The notes under the pieces are model-generated. The model was given only the letters and a program-made list of their open reading frames with translations. It was not told where the DNA came from and searched no databases. From Phoronis australis (taxonomy: Eukaryota; Animalia; Phoronida): DNA of 64,000 nt. How positions within the stretch are numbered: the first letter of the stretch is position 1; every line of letters starts with the position of its first letter. Shown in pieces: positions 36,431 through 48,700 of this stretch. The position numbers were made by a program, and so were the translations under genes. Location of the stretch: assembly GCA_002633005.1 (NCBI GenBank), contig NMRA01000052.1, positions 857,235 through 921,234 on the forward strand, written 5' to 3'.

Positions 36431-39400
36431 CATTACTCCTAGCATTACTTACATTCATGAAAATATCCTGTGCATAATTATCTGTGTCTGAATCCCAGAA
36501 ACAGCGACATCCCATTCTGTCAACAAGTAGCAATTAATTAGAAAGTTGGCAAAACAAGTAAGATCACGCAAAAAAAGCAAATTAAAAGTGCTGTTAAAGA
36601 GTGACATTTGACGTAGAACACGGTACAATATCCAAAAATAAAGGCAGTAAACATATTGTTCAAAATTCAACACTTCCTTGTCAACCAATAAATTATTTAT
36701 AGATAAAAAGATTTGGTATAACACAAGTTAACACTCAAATCTGCTCATAAAAATTGCTATTTCAGATTTCAAGACAAAAAAAATGAACAACCAAGATTTA
36801 GAGAAATGTCACACAATTCTTTAACCCATAAACCAACCTTAGACTAAAAAGGAGATGCAAAATTACAATTGTCACAGTTAGGGAAACAATTTATTTATAA
36901 TAGTAAATGTAGAGGAAAGAAACTGTTAGTTAGCATTTTTTTTAATTTTGCCTGTGATTACTACGGTAGGGAAAAATATATAGCCAGGAAAAACTAAAAA
37001 ATGTTAATGTTTTATGAGAAGAGGGGAAAGTTTGAAAATTCATTTATTAATTGATGACTGAGACACTGTGTGATTGTTTGTGCGAAGCTCTCCAAATCAG
37101 ACACAGATGGTTCTCAGGAAGAAAAAACGAGTTTATGATAATGGTGAATGTTCTGAGAATGGCATAATAGAAACCTTTTGACAATCCAGTTGACATCCTT
37201 CGAAAAATATTGCTTTAGATAGTACTTAATATCCCATCCCCTTGCATGAGAAACGCACATGGTTTGTTTACTGTACCTAATTACATATTCAAGATGGTGG
37301 GCAAAACCTTGGACTCGTGTGTTGAAATAATAATTACTTACTTAACCCCCTCTCCTCGCTGTTCTCCAATAACCACTTGGACGATGAATTTATACCTGTC
37401 ATAACCTAAAGCTGAAATGTAAAAATATTTATCTTAAATGCAAATTAGGATCAGCATATAATGTAATAAAATATACTGTTTCCCAGTTAATGTAGTAGCA
37501 CACATGATAAACAACAACATGAAATAAGCACAATTTTAATCACTCTGAAAAATGTTGTTTTCAAAAGACTAAAACCTTTGGTGAATCACAATTCAAACAA
37601 ACATCAAGTATCGTGTACACCCAACTGTATATTTCACATAATGCAACCTGGATGTTTAACGGTAATTGTGAAAAAATGTATTACTAAAAAATTGCATAAC
37701 TGGGTTTTACTGAACCAATTGGCTATTTCCTTGTGAACAAAAACACACAATTTTATGCTTATGGGCAATTTTTCTAGATTATGCTTTAGGGAGTGCAATC
37801 ATGACACCAAATAACCCTCCAGTGACCAGAAAATCATACTTTTGTTAAAGGGATATTCTCGACAAGAAAAATAACTTTGAAAACTCATAGTCATTAGTGC
37901 AAAGTTGAACTCACTAACTATGTAACAGTATTAGCACATTTTTAAATACATTTGGGATTTGGTTCAGCGATTTAAACACGATCTTCATTAATTTTAAACG
38001 AATGTCTGGCAGATAATGACAACAATAACCAATTTGCAGTAAAATCACAAAAACGTGACAAATTCCATTGTTTCATAGCTCTAGTAAAAGCAAATAGCTT
38101 CAAGTTTATCCTATTTAACAATAATCCGATAAATTAGGTTTTGTTGTCTTTTTAGCAACTATGATCCCTTCAATCAAAAAGGTACTCCACATTGCCAAAC
38201 ACGAATGAAATACTTATTCTGCAAACGTGTATGCACCTCTTACACCTATGCTGCATTTCTCAAAAATGCGAGTGAAAACTGATTTTTGGGCAGTGCCCTC
38301 TGTAGGTGATTTTATGATGACAACCACATAGTAAAAGTTCAAGCATACCTTTGAGTTTTTCTTTAATGTCATCTGATATCTGCTTGCAGAGGGATGTAGT
38401 TTCCTCTGCATCGTATGATTTACCAGTCAGCTGCTCTTGTAAGCAAAAATGAATCGTCTCTTTAACAATGGCTGGCCTGAATCTGAAACAGATGTTATTG
38501 CCAATATCTAACTTGAGATTAGGGTTACTGTAACTAGATTTTGCAGGAAGTCTCAACAAGACAAAAACGTGATTTTAAATTGTTGATGAAGGCAATGCAT
38601 GTGCTAGAATTCATGATAACATGTCAACGGAAACCTCTGGTATAGCTCGTCAGCAACAACAGTGGGAGTCCTTATTTTTCGCCGAGCCACTTAAGTTTAT
38701 TCACTAAGTCACTAAGTCACTTATTAGTTATTTTTAACACTATTAGAGCCAATATGTAAAACTAAAACCAGCTTGAGAATTTAATGCCCCCATCAAGATG
38801 GTGTAGAAGTCAAGTTTTGCCCACCCAATAAGCAACACTCAGATATTTGCAGTGTATTCAGCCATACTCTTCATACTCCCAATCTTTCATTACAGTGACA
38901 CAGAATTGAGCAACTGCAATACATTCCCTTCAAATTTCAAATACTTCATAGCTGAGGACCTTGAATAGGGGTGGGGACAGGCAACATGGTCACCCCTTAG
39001 GTAGGGCCATATTCTTCTCATTTGGAATATTCATCTGATTTAGTTTAGGATTGAAATATGTATATATTGAGCAATATGACAGGAAACACTTAACTGCCAA
39101 TAATTAGGCTGATTACAAATACATTAACAAACGCATGATTACATGCCTTTCAGTGCCTTTTCATCAATATGCAACTAGATCAAATGACCAAAACTAAGTT
39201 ATGAGTAAAAAACATGGCTGGCAACGGACAACTTTAACAAGTGGCCAAATAAATCGTGCTGATTATAGGATTGGAATTAACAAATTACCAGAATTATGTG
39301 GCTACACTTCCTTAGACATTTTAATAACAACTAACAGTGAACTGGAGTTCAGAGAAAATTTTCTTCAGCAAAGTTGTCACCATCTCCCAATGTCACTTTA

Positions 39401-40472
39401 CTTTTACCAAAAATCGAGCAAATATCACAGGTGCACAACATGAGCGAACTTTTTTGAAATCGGCATCAGAATTTACCTTGTATTAAAAATGAAAGACTGG
39501 TGTAAGAAAATGACGTTCATCAGATAATTTTTCTTTTAAAGCTGCATTTTGCCCTGTTTGGTTGGCTAAAAACAAAAAATTCCCTTTACTCTCATGAAAT
39601 CAGTCTCACATTCTTACTTACCATGACGACGGTTCACTACCATCAGCGACTTGAGAAAACCCTTCAGATCAGAATTTATTAAAGTTGGACAACCCTAAAA
39701 GTGTTCTTTTGAAAATGATGGATGTACGCATTGCCTGTGGCTTGATATGGCAGGGCCTTTGCCATCTTGAGGGGAAAGATGCATGCATAATGCTTTGCAA
39801 TTATTATTTCCTAGCCTTGAAGGAAATTTACCAAATATTGGATGGAAATTTTGGGGGCTGAGAGGAATTTCGTACGATTTTTCAATGTATTTTTCAAACA
39901 GAGAAGGGGTTGATATTCAGCACCAAAATCGAGGCATTGAGGGCTCTGGATGGTAACAGAAATATAATCCTATCATGGCACGGAATATCATGAGAGCAAT
40001 TTTTTGAAATTCAATTTAAATTTTTAGTCAACTAAACATTGAGAAATCCAGCTTTTACTTGGTGAAATGTAGAAGGTGTCATTAGCATTTTGGAGTTGCA
40101 AAAACTTACTCACTGTTGGGCGTGCTACTTTTGTCTTTGATTGAATGTACGTAGAGAAAGGACAACAAATCGAGTGGCCTAAAAAGTGACTTTTGCTTAA
40201 ATTGGCAACTTTTTGCCCACATCATTCTCTAGTTGTATTTTGATGCTACAAAGCTATTTAGAGACAGGTTACGTGCCTTGGTGACTCTTGATATCACAGG
40301 ATGTATTGCTTAGTCTGTTCATTCAATGCCTCAATGCCCAATGCCAATGCCATGCCAATGGCTGTCACTCTGGTGGGATATAAATTACTTACTTATTTTG
40401 AAAGTTTGGACGTATTATATACGTGTTGCTAGGAGTCTCTTCGTTTGGTTCTTCGACAGCTGTTTCCGACAT
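35294..40472 (-). CDS. DYNLT2B: Dynein light chain Tctex-type protein 2B (Tctex1 domain-containing protein 2), 131 aa, 5 exons
   Basis: Exons 40472-40393, 38482-38349, 37411-37342, 36516-36453, 35341-35294 (396 nt, phase-consistent). Protein MSETAVEEPNEETPSNTYIIRPNFQNKFRPAIVKETIH...YDRYKFIVQVVIGEQRGEGVKMGCRCFWDSDTDNYAQDIFMNDSLFCVAAAFGVFYY* matches TCTEX1D2 motifs. Confidence 0.95.
36375..36431. repeat. (TATATG)n-type microsatellite
   Basis: Directly visible in the last intron of DYNLT2B. Confidence 0.85.
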
Positions 40473-41439
40473 TTTAAATGCACTCAAGAACACATTAGAA
40501 CAAAAGCTGAGCCAAAATATGCAGAGAAATTATGCGTCGGCCTCCTTGACAACTATGTTCACTTCCGTTTTGCTCAACAGCGCCACCAGACGGGTAAATG
40601 TGCCAACGGATCGTGAGTGCCCCGCCGGGCGAGTCGGCCGCCGGGCAACAGTGGTACGAGTGCGGCTGGAGTAAAGTGAATGTAAACATGACATTAAAAT
40701 TTTTGCATGTTAAACGACGCATTCTTGGATCCGAGAAACTCCCTACCCACCGTGACGCCAGCCCGCATGTGGTTGTGGACTGTACTAGGCCTCAAGCCGG
40801 GCGGCCATGAGACGCCCGGCGCCCCGGCCAGCCGGCAGGCATGGCCGTAGGCCGCCGACACGGAGGAGCCGCGCACCCATGGACATGGGCTCCTGGGTCC
40901 TGACAATGGACTGTAACCAACGTCCAATACAACGTCACCGCGCAAGTAAAGCCTCCAATTCACTGATACGGACACCTCAGAAATCATCATCCCGAACCTG
41001 ACTCCGCCTGAGGCGCCTGCATATGTTGAGTGCACACCCAGCAGAATTAACCATGATATTATTGCAACATTAAACAAACATTTTAGGTTGTAAAAGTCAC
41101 ATTCCTTGTTCAATTTCCAAAATTCGAAAACCTCGTGAGCTTTACTATAGTGCCGGCACGAACTATATTCAAGTAGACCTATGCGGCTATGACTGAACTT
41201 CATTTGAAATGAAACTTTCAGTTGGCAACACGAAAATTTAAAAATACTGGCTTCGCCCCTAATGCCGGTGTTTTTGGCGGTCTCATTAGCTAGAGAAAGA
41301 TAACATCAGCAGCCTGAGGCGATTTAATTAATCACAACAGCATGATGTCTTTGATCTGAACCGGCCAATCCCAGATCCTGTGTGGTGCGCACTTAGTGAA
41401 ACCAGTCGAGTTGCCAAAAGCGCTGTCGTGACAATATGC

Positions 41440-42608
41440 ATGCCTAATTATTGGATTTTTAAATTTAATAAGTCAGTTTTGCGAATGCAAAAATATATTT
41501 TCCAGAGGCCTCTCTCTGACAAGCGGCCGGGGAAGGGAGACAACATTCGCTTTATTTTTTTTTGTCGAAACTATATATCACTTGAGAAACATTGATAACC
41601 TGACAGATGGGCCTAACATCAATTGCTGCGCATTTCCCGGCGTTCGAAAAAATATAGATATTTTCATATTTAGGGGCCCCGCCCTTGAAGAAGGGCATTG
41701 ATGATATTCAAGATGCCACCCCTTTGTTTTTATTGACAAATTCTAAAGGGGCCGCACACGGAGAGAGGGGCTTCATAATGTTGGGATCGGTTATCCACAT
41801 TTTGCTACTTTTTGTGAATATCACAAGAATAGTATCTCTTTTTAGATGGTTACCATGCGCGCATCCAGCCTAAAATATAAGGGGCTCGAATTTTTGAGAA
41901 TGTGGTGGACATTTTACTGCTAAAAAAACGGGGACTAAGAAAAAAAACGGGGTACTACGATCAAACCTATGAATTGAGCAATCCCGCCGAATTCCTGCCT
42001 TTTTGCCATTTTAGTAGACTTTTGTCTCCTTTTTCTCGAACTTTTTTTCTCTGAGGCGGACCTTTTTGCTCACTTCGCCGAATGGAGAGAGAGGCTCATG
42101 AGCCACCCTGGGTGCGTGCATGGTTATTATGATTTGTTTGTAAGGAATTTCCACATGTGGAAAACACTGCTGTCTAAATACTACTATTTCTTATGACCGC
42201 GTACATGTCGAAAGGGGGTACTCAAAGAATTCCCGCACTCATAAACAGTGATTTCAGCGTTTTTTTGTCAGTGGAGTACAAATTTACCTCGCGAATCGTT
42301 ATAGGCACATGTACCTCTGAAATGAGTAAAGATACACTTTAATACGAATGCCCCATGTTCCCCCAGTTACCCGTCAAAAATCTGCGGGCATGCTGGCGGA
42401 AATTGCTCATAACATTTCGTTTTCATAAACAAATTCGTTAGTTTCTATTTTATTTGTTTGTGTTTCTCAAGTGATATACAGTTTCGACAAAAAATATCAA
42501 GCGAATGTTGTCTCCGTTATCCCTTGCCAGAGAGAGTCCTCTAGAAAAATATATTATAGCATTCGCAAATCTGACTTATTTAATTTAAAAATTCAATAAA
42601 TTAGTACG
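41440..42608. mobile_element. Element bounded by ~150-bp inverted repeats, containing a nested MITE
   Basis: 41440-41591 (...aataagtcagttttgcgaatgc...tcacttgagaaaca) is the reverse complement of ~42460-42608. Confidence 0.65.
41854..42122 (-). mobile_element. MITE, CATGCGCGCACCCA family, reverse orientation
   Basis: catgcgcgcatcca...tgggtgcgtgcatg with gttac/gttat flanks (5-bp TSD, one mismatch). Confidence 0.8.
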
Positions 42609-45600
42609 CTCCGCAAGAGCTTCTCTTTACAAATTTTCTCGATTTTTCGAAACAATTAAGTGTACGAGTGTGAATGATTACGTGCACATTTTCAAGTGCG
42701 TTTAGACGACATGGGCTGCAAAAGTGGAGACCCTAACAATGTCCTGGCTAGGGTCTCAAAAAGTAAACCATCCACTTTTGTTAAACGCTGTCTCAGAATT
42801 TTCTCTCTTATCCGTACAGTCTTTCTTTTCTCTTTTGTCCCGGCCCACGCCTATGTCGGTTGCCACGGTTTAACCCTGACGCCTGAAAAGTTTTTTGGGT
42901 GCCCGTGCCCCCCACTTCCTACGGCCCTGAACTTTAATTACTGTGTACCACAGAAAGATAATACAGCTTGTCATAAAAAGATTTGGTCATTAACAAGATT
43001 ACCCGAGACAGGCAGACAGACTACCTTCGAAGTAAATACAGAATAAAAGTTCAATTTTACGAAGTGACCTCACTAACATGCATTTCCTCTCAATACTACA
43101 GTTGATGTAGCACAAAACGCGATAAACGTTTTTTTTCTCGTAGATTTTGAATTTCTGTTGATTTCAAAGCATTTTTCCTTTAGTTTCAAATTTCCAAAAA
43201 AAAAACTGTATGCTGCTCGTCACTTAGTCCATTTTCCTCCAAAAGGCAAAGCAGTCTCCTAATTTGACATGACAAGACACAGCACATTTACCTTAAAGGG
43301 AAAGGCAACCTTTGATGTGACCTAATCAATGGTGATTATGCACCCAGTTGAAAAATATTTACTGGGTAATTCTTTGAGCGCATATATATTGTTGGGGGCC
43401 GAGAATTTGCGAATTGTATCGAGATGAGAGTTCGTATTAAGCCTGTGTTTCAAAAATAGTGAATTGGACTATTTTGCCTAAAAATTCTTGCAATATTCAC
43501 AATGAATAACACTCATATTAGCATTCCCATGAAGAAGATTCGTATTTTTACCAGTTTTCGCGTTCCAGGCCTCTTTAAGTTGAACTTCTATCCCGAAAGT
43601 GCAAAAGTCCTCTGCCATCATGATAGCTAAATATCTGTCACCTTTCCGTCATGACAGCTAAAAGTCTGCCATGACTCACCATTCTAGACTCCAGCTAGTC
43701 TGATGAATTCTGGTAAGGTCATAAGCATACTTAAATGTCATGAATGGGAAACTCAGGTTATTTACAGGGGATATTATTGCACCCATGGTGTTCAAGTTCC
43801 TCACAATCAGTGAAAATACAATTCATTTTAAGTCTCCATTGCACTTTATATTTATTGCAAGACATATGATTGAATACATAAATAAATTATAATTTTCAAG
43901 AAAATTTTTCAAAAACTTGCCCACCTTGGTAAAGCCAATAAAACAGTTCTGAAAAATCTCTCTTAACATGCCAGGGAAAATAAACCAGTCACGGTGACAT
44001 AAATTTTATGTCATCAACAATGTCAGCTGGCTAGTAAACACCGTAAATATTCTATGACTTCAATATTACCTCACGATATGCAAAAAAAAAAACAACTCGT
44101 AGAAGCACATTTCAAACACAGGCAAAAATATGCCAGATGCAAATTGCAGGACTGCCACTTGTTCACAAAGCAGTACATACAACATCCTCAGTGTCTATAA
44201 GAGCAAGCAAGTGCCGCTAAGCAAGGTTAAATTAGAGTGAAAAAAATCTACGTGAATGTCCAAAATTCCGAAAAAAGCTGCAGCCAGATGATATTTACCA
44301 CTTCAATTGAGTTGTGCTACACCACATTGATTGAATTCATATTTCTGTGATGATTACTAACTCATTGAAATTGTCTACAATCAGATTTAACATGACATGG
44401 GGATGTGCACTGTGCATGTGAATTAGTCACGAGCACAAGTTATATGTACTCAGCTGTTTTGGGAGGGGCAAATGATAGCTTTACCCTTAATTTTTCCTAC
44501 ATCGTCCCCCAAGTTTTTTTTTCTTGATTCTGCCAGCATTTTTTTACTATTTTCGTCCAAATCTAGGGGCCATTGATCCGCTGCCTTGCGCGCTTATGCT
44601 CATGAGATATAAAAACTTGTCATGAGAAAAGATCATAAAAATATTCACATTGAAACCCAATCAACTTTGCCAAACTGTTATTTAGGACAAAGGCACTTGT
44701 AAATGTTGAGAGAATATCCAGTCTCTGAATTAAACATAAACTGAAGTTGTATGTATTGTGTGCTAATTACATACAGTTAGAGGTTTCACTGATGTCTTTT
44801 GCAAACATGATTTCGAATGTCATCTTTCCCTCTTTTCGTGTTTTCATACATTGCGTTGAAGTTGGGTATCAATTTGCAACTACAGACTTCACAAACACCA
44901 AATTCAATAGGTGTTGGCGATTTCTAGAACACTCTATGATACCACTCTCAGAGTTACTGTATGAACTTGTCAGAAGGTCATTTTCAAACTGCATTTCATA
45001 ATGCATACGTACACAGCTTTACCGATTTCCTAATCCATTTTTCCATCTCTTTTAATTCATAATTGATCAAGTTTCAGTTTCCAAGATCATCTAAGAGCGT
45101 TTCATTCATTTTACAACTATTTTGCATCTCTTAGATCACTTTTTGATTATCCTTAATCATGACAAGTGATTACTCAATATGAATTCAAACACACAGTCTG
45201 CACAGAATCCTGCGCCGTATTTATAGAGATGTGTTACCGAGTACGCTATTTCAGACCAAAGAATCTCTGTTGGCATTAGAATACACTTTTGCAAAAGATC
45301 TACAGTAAGGTAAAAAAACAACACAGTATGTTAACACGATCAACAACACAGTATGTTAACACGATCAACAACACAGACCTTTTTACAGATCTCAAGCAGT
45401 CTTGTGTGGGCAGCATCTCACAGCAGAGATCTGAGGTTTACTGCCTTTTCAAATAGCAACTTTAAACAAAATCAATTTCAGTTTACTTTCTCACCAGCTA
45501 CCCAGTCAACTTTAACCGTTTACAGTCTAGTTCACAAGCTGCAGTTGGCCATATTAAAAATAAATTATCTGATAGCAATGAGCAATTACAGAGATCAAAC

Positions 45601-45770
45601 ACATAAACAGTCAATTCTTTTCTTCCAGACACCAATAGCGATTTATAGTGGTTTACTTGGCAATGGTCAGATATAACGTGCCCGTATTTTGGGAACCAGT
45701 TTGATGCCCGTTACTCGGTGAAGAAAACTGATTCTCAAAATTCGGGCACATTATATCAGACTATTGCCGT

Positions 45771-48700
45771 TTATTTATTGTCGGTAGTAGCTGAGGCACA
45801 AATTCCCGCGCAACAGATGCAGCAGCACAGAGTCGAGATGAGGATGTACATGGACGTGGTAATCCAGAACGCGAACAAGTAGAGTGTCGGGTGACAGTAA
45901 CACGACGAAAGGGGATCATCGTAGCAGACCTCACCGTACACTCTGTAGATCCATACATTCCCTGGAGAAAATGACAGCAAAAAATACCATGAGCAGTAAA
46001 ACAAACACAGATCGGATTAGATACAAAACTTACTTTAAAAATTCCTCAATTTGGGACGAATTCAAAGTAAAAATTTTTTCAAAGGTGAATGCCTTTTTGG
46101 GAAAATGGATAAACTTTTATAGTGACGGAGGGAACGTTTTAAGTACACTTACACTCAAATCACACAAAGTCATTTCTTCGTTGATGCAGGTCACCACAGT
46201 TTACTTGGAGGTCACACATTATCCAGTCTTGTGGCGACCACGGATGCATTATTTTGTTGTAGTTCAAATTTGAATTCAGGATCAATTAAAGAATTTTTAC
46301 CACATTGTAATCTCTACAGGATCTCTATATGAGGGGAAGTTTCCTCACTGTGGCAGAAAGAACTTGAGTATTACCATGGATTGCAAACTTGACTGTTTTT
46401 AAAATGTTTTTGTGTTGATATTTCAGCAAACTAGGTATTGATATGAGACACCTTTCGTAACCCATTAGGTACCATTCAACTGGACTGTTAAAAGCAAGAA
46501 ATTTCCAACATCAAGATCTGATCTAGTATCATCATTTAAACTTGACAAACAAGCCTATTGTGTTGGTACACAATGCTGTGGCAGTAAGCTGGGTCAGAGT
46601 CTGTAGTCAAATAAAAGAATCCGCAGGTGACAGTTAAAGTCTAATTTGTCTGAAAGTCAACCGTTTTCTCCATTCAAAATTTTTTGTTTATACTACTTCA
46701 TACAAAACACTTTCTTCATATATTTGTTGAAAGTCGTTTGGAAATAGTATTTTTAAATATCGGTTAGCGCCGTTTACAACATAATTGCTGGATTACGTGA
46801 CACTATCAGATGAAGGCAGACAATGAGAGAGCTGAACTATGAAAACATTGGTTTGCCATCTTTCTTCTTGTGCTATCAATATCAAACTGATAATGACACA
46901 GCTGTATCCCCTGACTAGCCAATCAGTGAAATCAGGATACTCATCCCACAGCGTGGGTGCGCAACGCGACCGTTCTTCAAATCTTGGGTATTGATATTAG
47001 TCTACCATTTCAAGCACCTGGAGCAAAATGTTCATTTTTCTTTTCATTTCACTCAATTCTTTCCACTGGAATCAGACTTCCGCTAAGCTCAGAAACACAT
47101 GACCAGTTACATAAAAATGTTTTAGTTCATGTTTTGGGGTGGTATATTTCTTAAAACTTTTTAATGCAGCCAATTTGTTTGTGCAATTTTACACAAATAT
47201 ATATCATGGAGAGAATGTAATTTGCTGATTGATTCTATACGTCAGTAATCACCATCTCAAACTATAGACATATTGTAGTCCGAGATCATTGATAACCTAA
47301 TTGGCGCAGTGCCAAGCTTTGGAAATCAAGGAGAATCTATTATACTCACCGGCAATGAACCAGGCTAAGAGAAAACAGTTGAGCAAGGCATCCACTGGAT
47401 TGGTCTTTGCATTCTCGTCCTGTTGGTCCTCTCGATGATGCTTGATTCGCTGTCCAATATTGATGATGTTCTTGATGACGCCAAACACGCCCCCCACAAT
47501 CAGATAAATCGGTATGTACCTTTCAATACGGCACTGGTGTACGAAGTACGAGCCTAAGCAATTAAAACAACTTTAAAACATTAGCGACGTAGAACGTTGA
47601 AATGCGCCCACAATTGCACCGTATACGGTATCCTTCTAGGGTTGTTTATTGGTACCATAAAGTAGCCAGTAGAGGGCATATATGTAGTATGTTGTACTTT
47701 GAAAAATGGAAAGGCATCTGAAAACAAAGAATTAGCATCACCTCATCAACAGACACCTGTATGCCAAATTTTATGAAAATACGTTGAGGACCTTTGAAGA
47801 TACAGAGATAAATGAAAAAAAATAAAATTGCCACTAGGTAGCACACCAGTAGTCAGCTAGGTCGGAACGTCATCGTCATCTGTTGTCAACATCAAATAAA
47901 TACACTTACTAAATTTGGTAAAGATCCTTCGAACGGTTTAAAAGATACAGCCATAGGCGCAAAAAAAACTGCCACTAGGAGACGCCACAGTAGTCGAAAT
48001 CGGCGGAAAATCATCATCAGCCGTCCACTTCATAGTAAGAGCATACGTGCCAACTTTCACAATCATCCATTGAGCAGTTTGGTTGATAGAGGTGTGGATG
48101 CAAAAAAACAGACTCAAAAACAGTAAAAATGGCCACCAGGTGGCGCAAACTACGTTGAATCCATCCCAAAACTAATGTATGGCTTCACCTCACTAATAGG
48201 TGCCTATATACCAAATTTTATGAAAATCCCTTCAGGACTTTTGAAGATACAGAGGTAAACGTAAAAAACTAAAATTGCCAATAGGGGGCACACCGGTAGT
48301 CAGATCCGTCTAAAAGTTCGCTCATGCCGTCCCATCCACGACAGGAACACATGTGTAAAATTTCATGACCATATGTCAAGGCGTTTTGGAGATAGAGCAG
48401 CGGACGCCGGACAGACGGACGGACGGAGATGACGGCATAATGCGTCCACATAGAAATATGTGGGCGCATAATGACAATTTGGTATCGTCATGAAAAACTA
48501 TGTGAACTGGTATGTGAAACTATACATAAACAACATTACAATACAACATTTCGATCTTTAACTACTTAACTTACGCGGCATTCATTTGCAACACCGCCCC
48601 TTCAATTCAAATAAAAGATGAAAACTCACTGGCATTGTTTTGGAAGATCAAAAACAGCTGTCAAGAGAGTTGGGGACATGGTTTGCAGCAGCTTCAAGAG

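Noticed and set aside
40694-41203. 169-aa minus-strand ORF
   Set aside because: No recognisable domain. It spans a repeat fragment and a GC-rich tract where stops are rare by chance.
42860-42930. taaccctga as a telomerase RNA template
   Set aside because: No pseudoknot or H/ACA context, and the adjacent sequence looks like a MITE end (…cctacggccctg).
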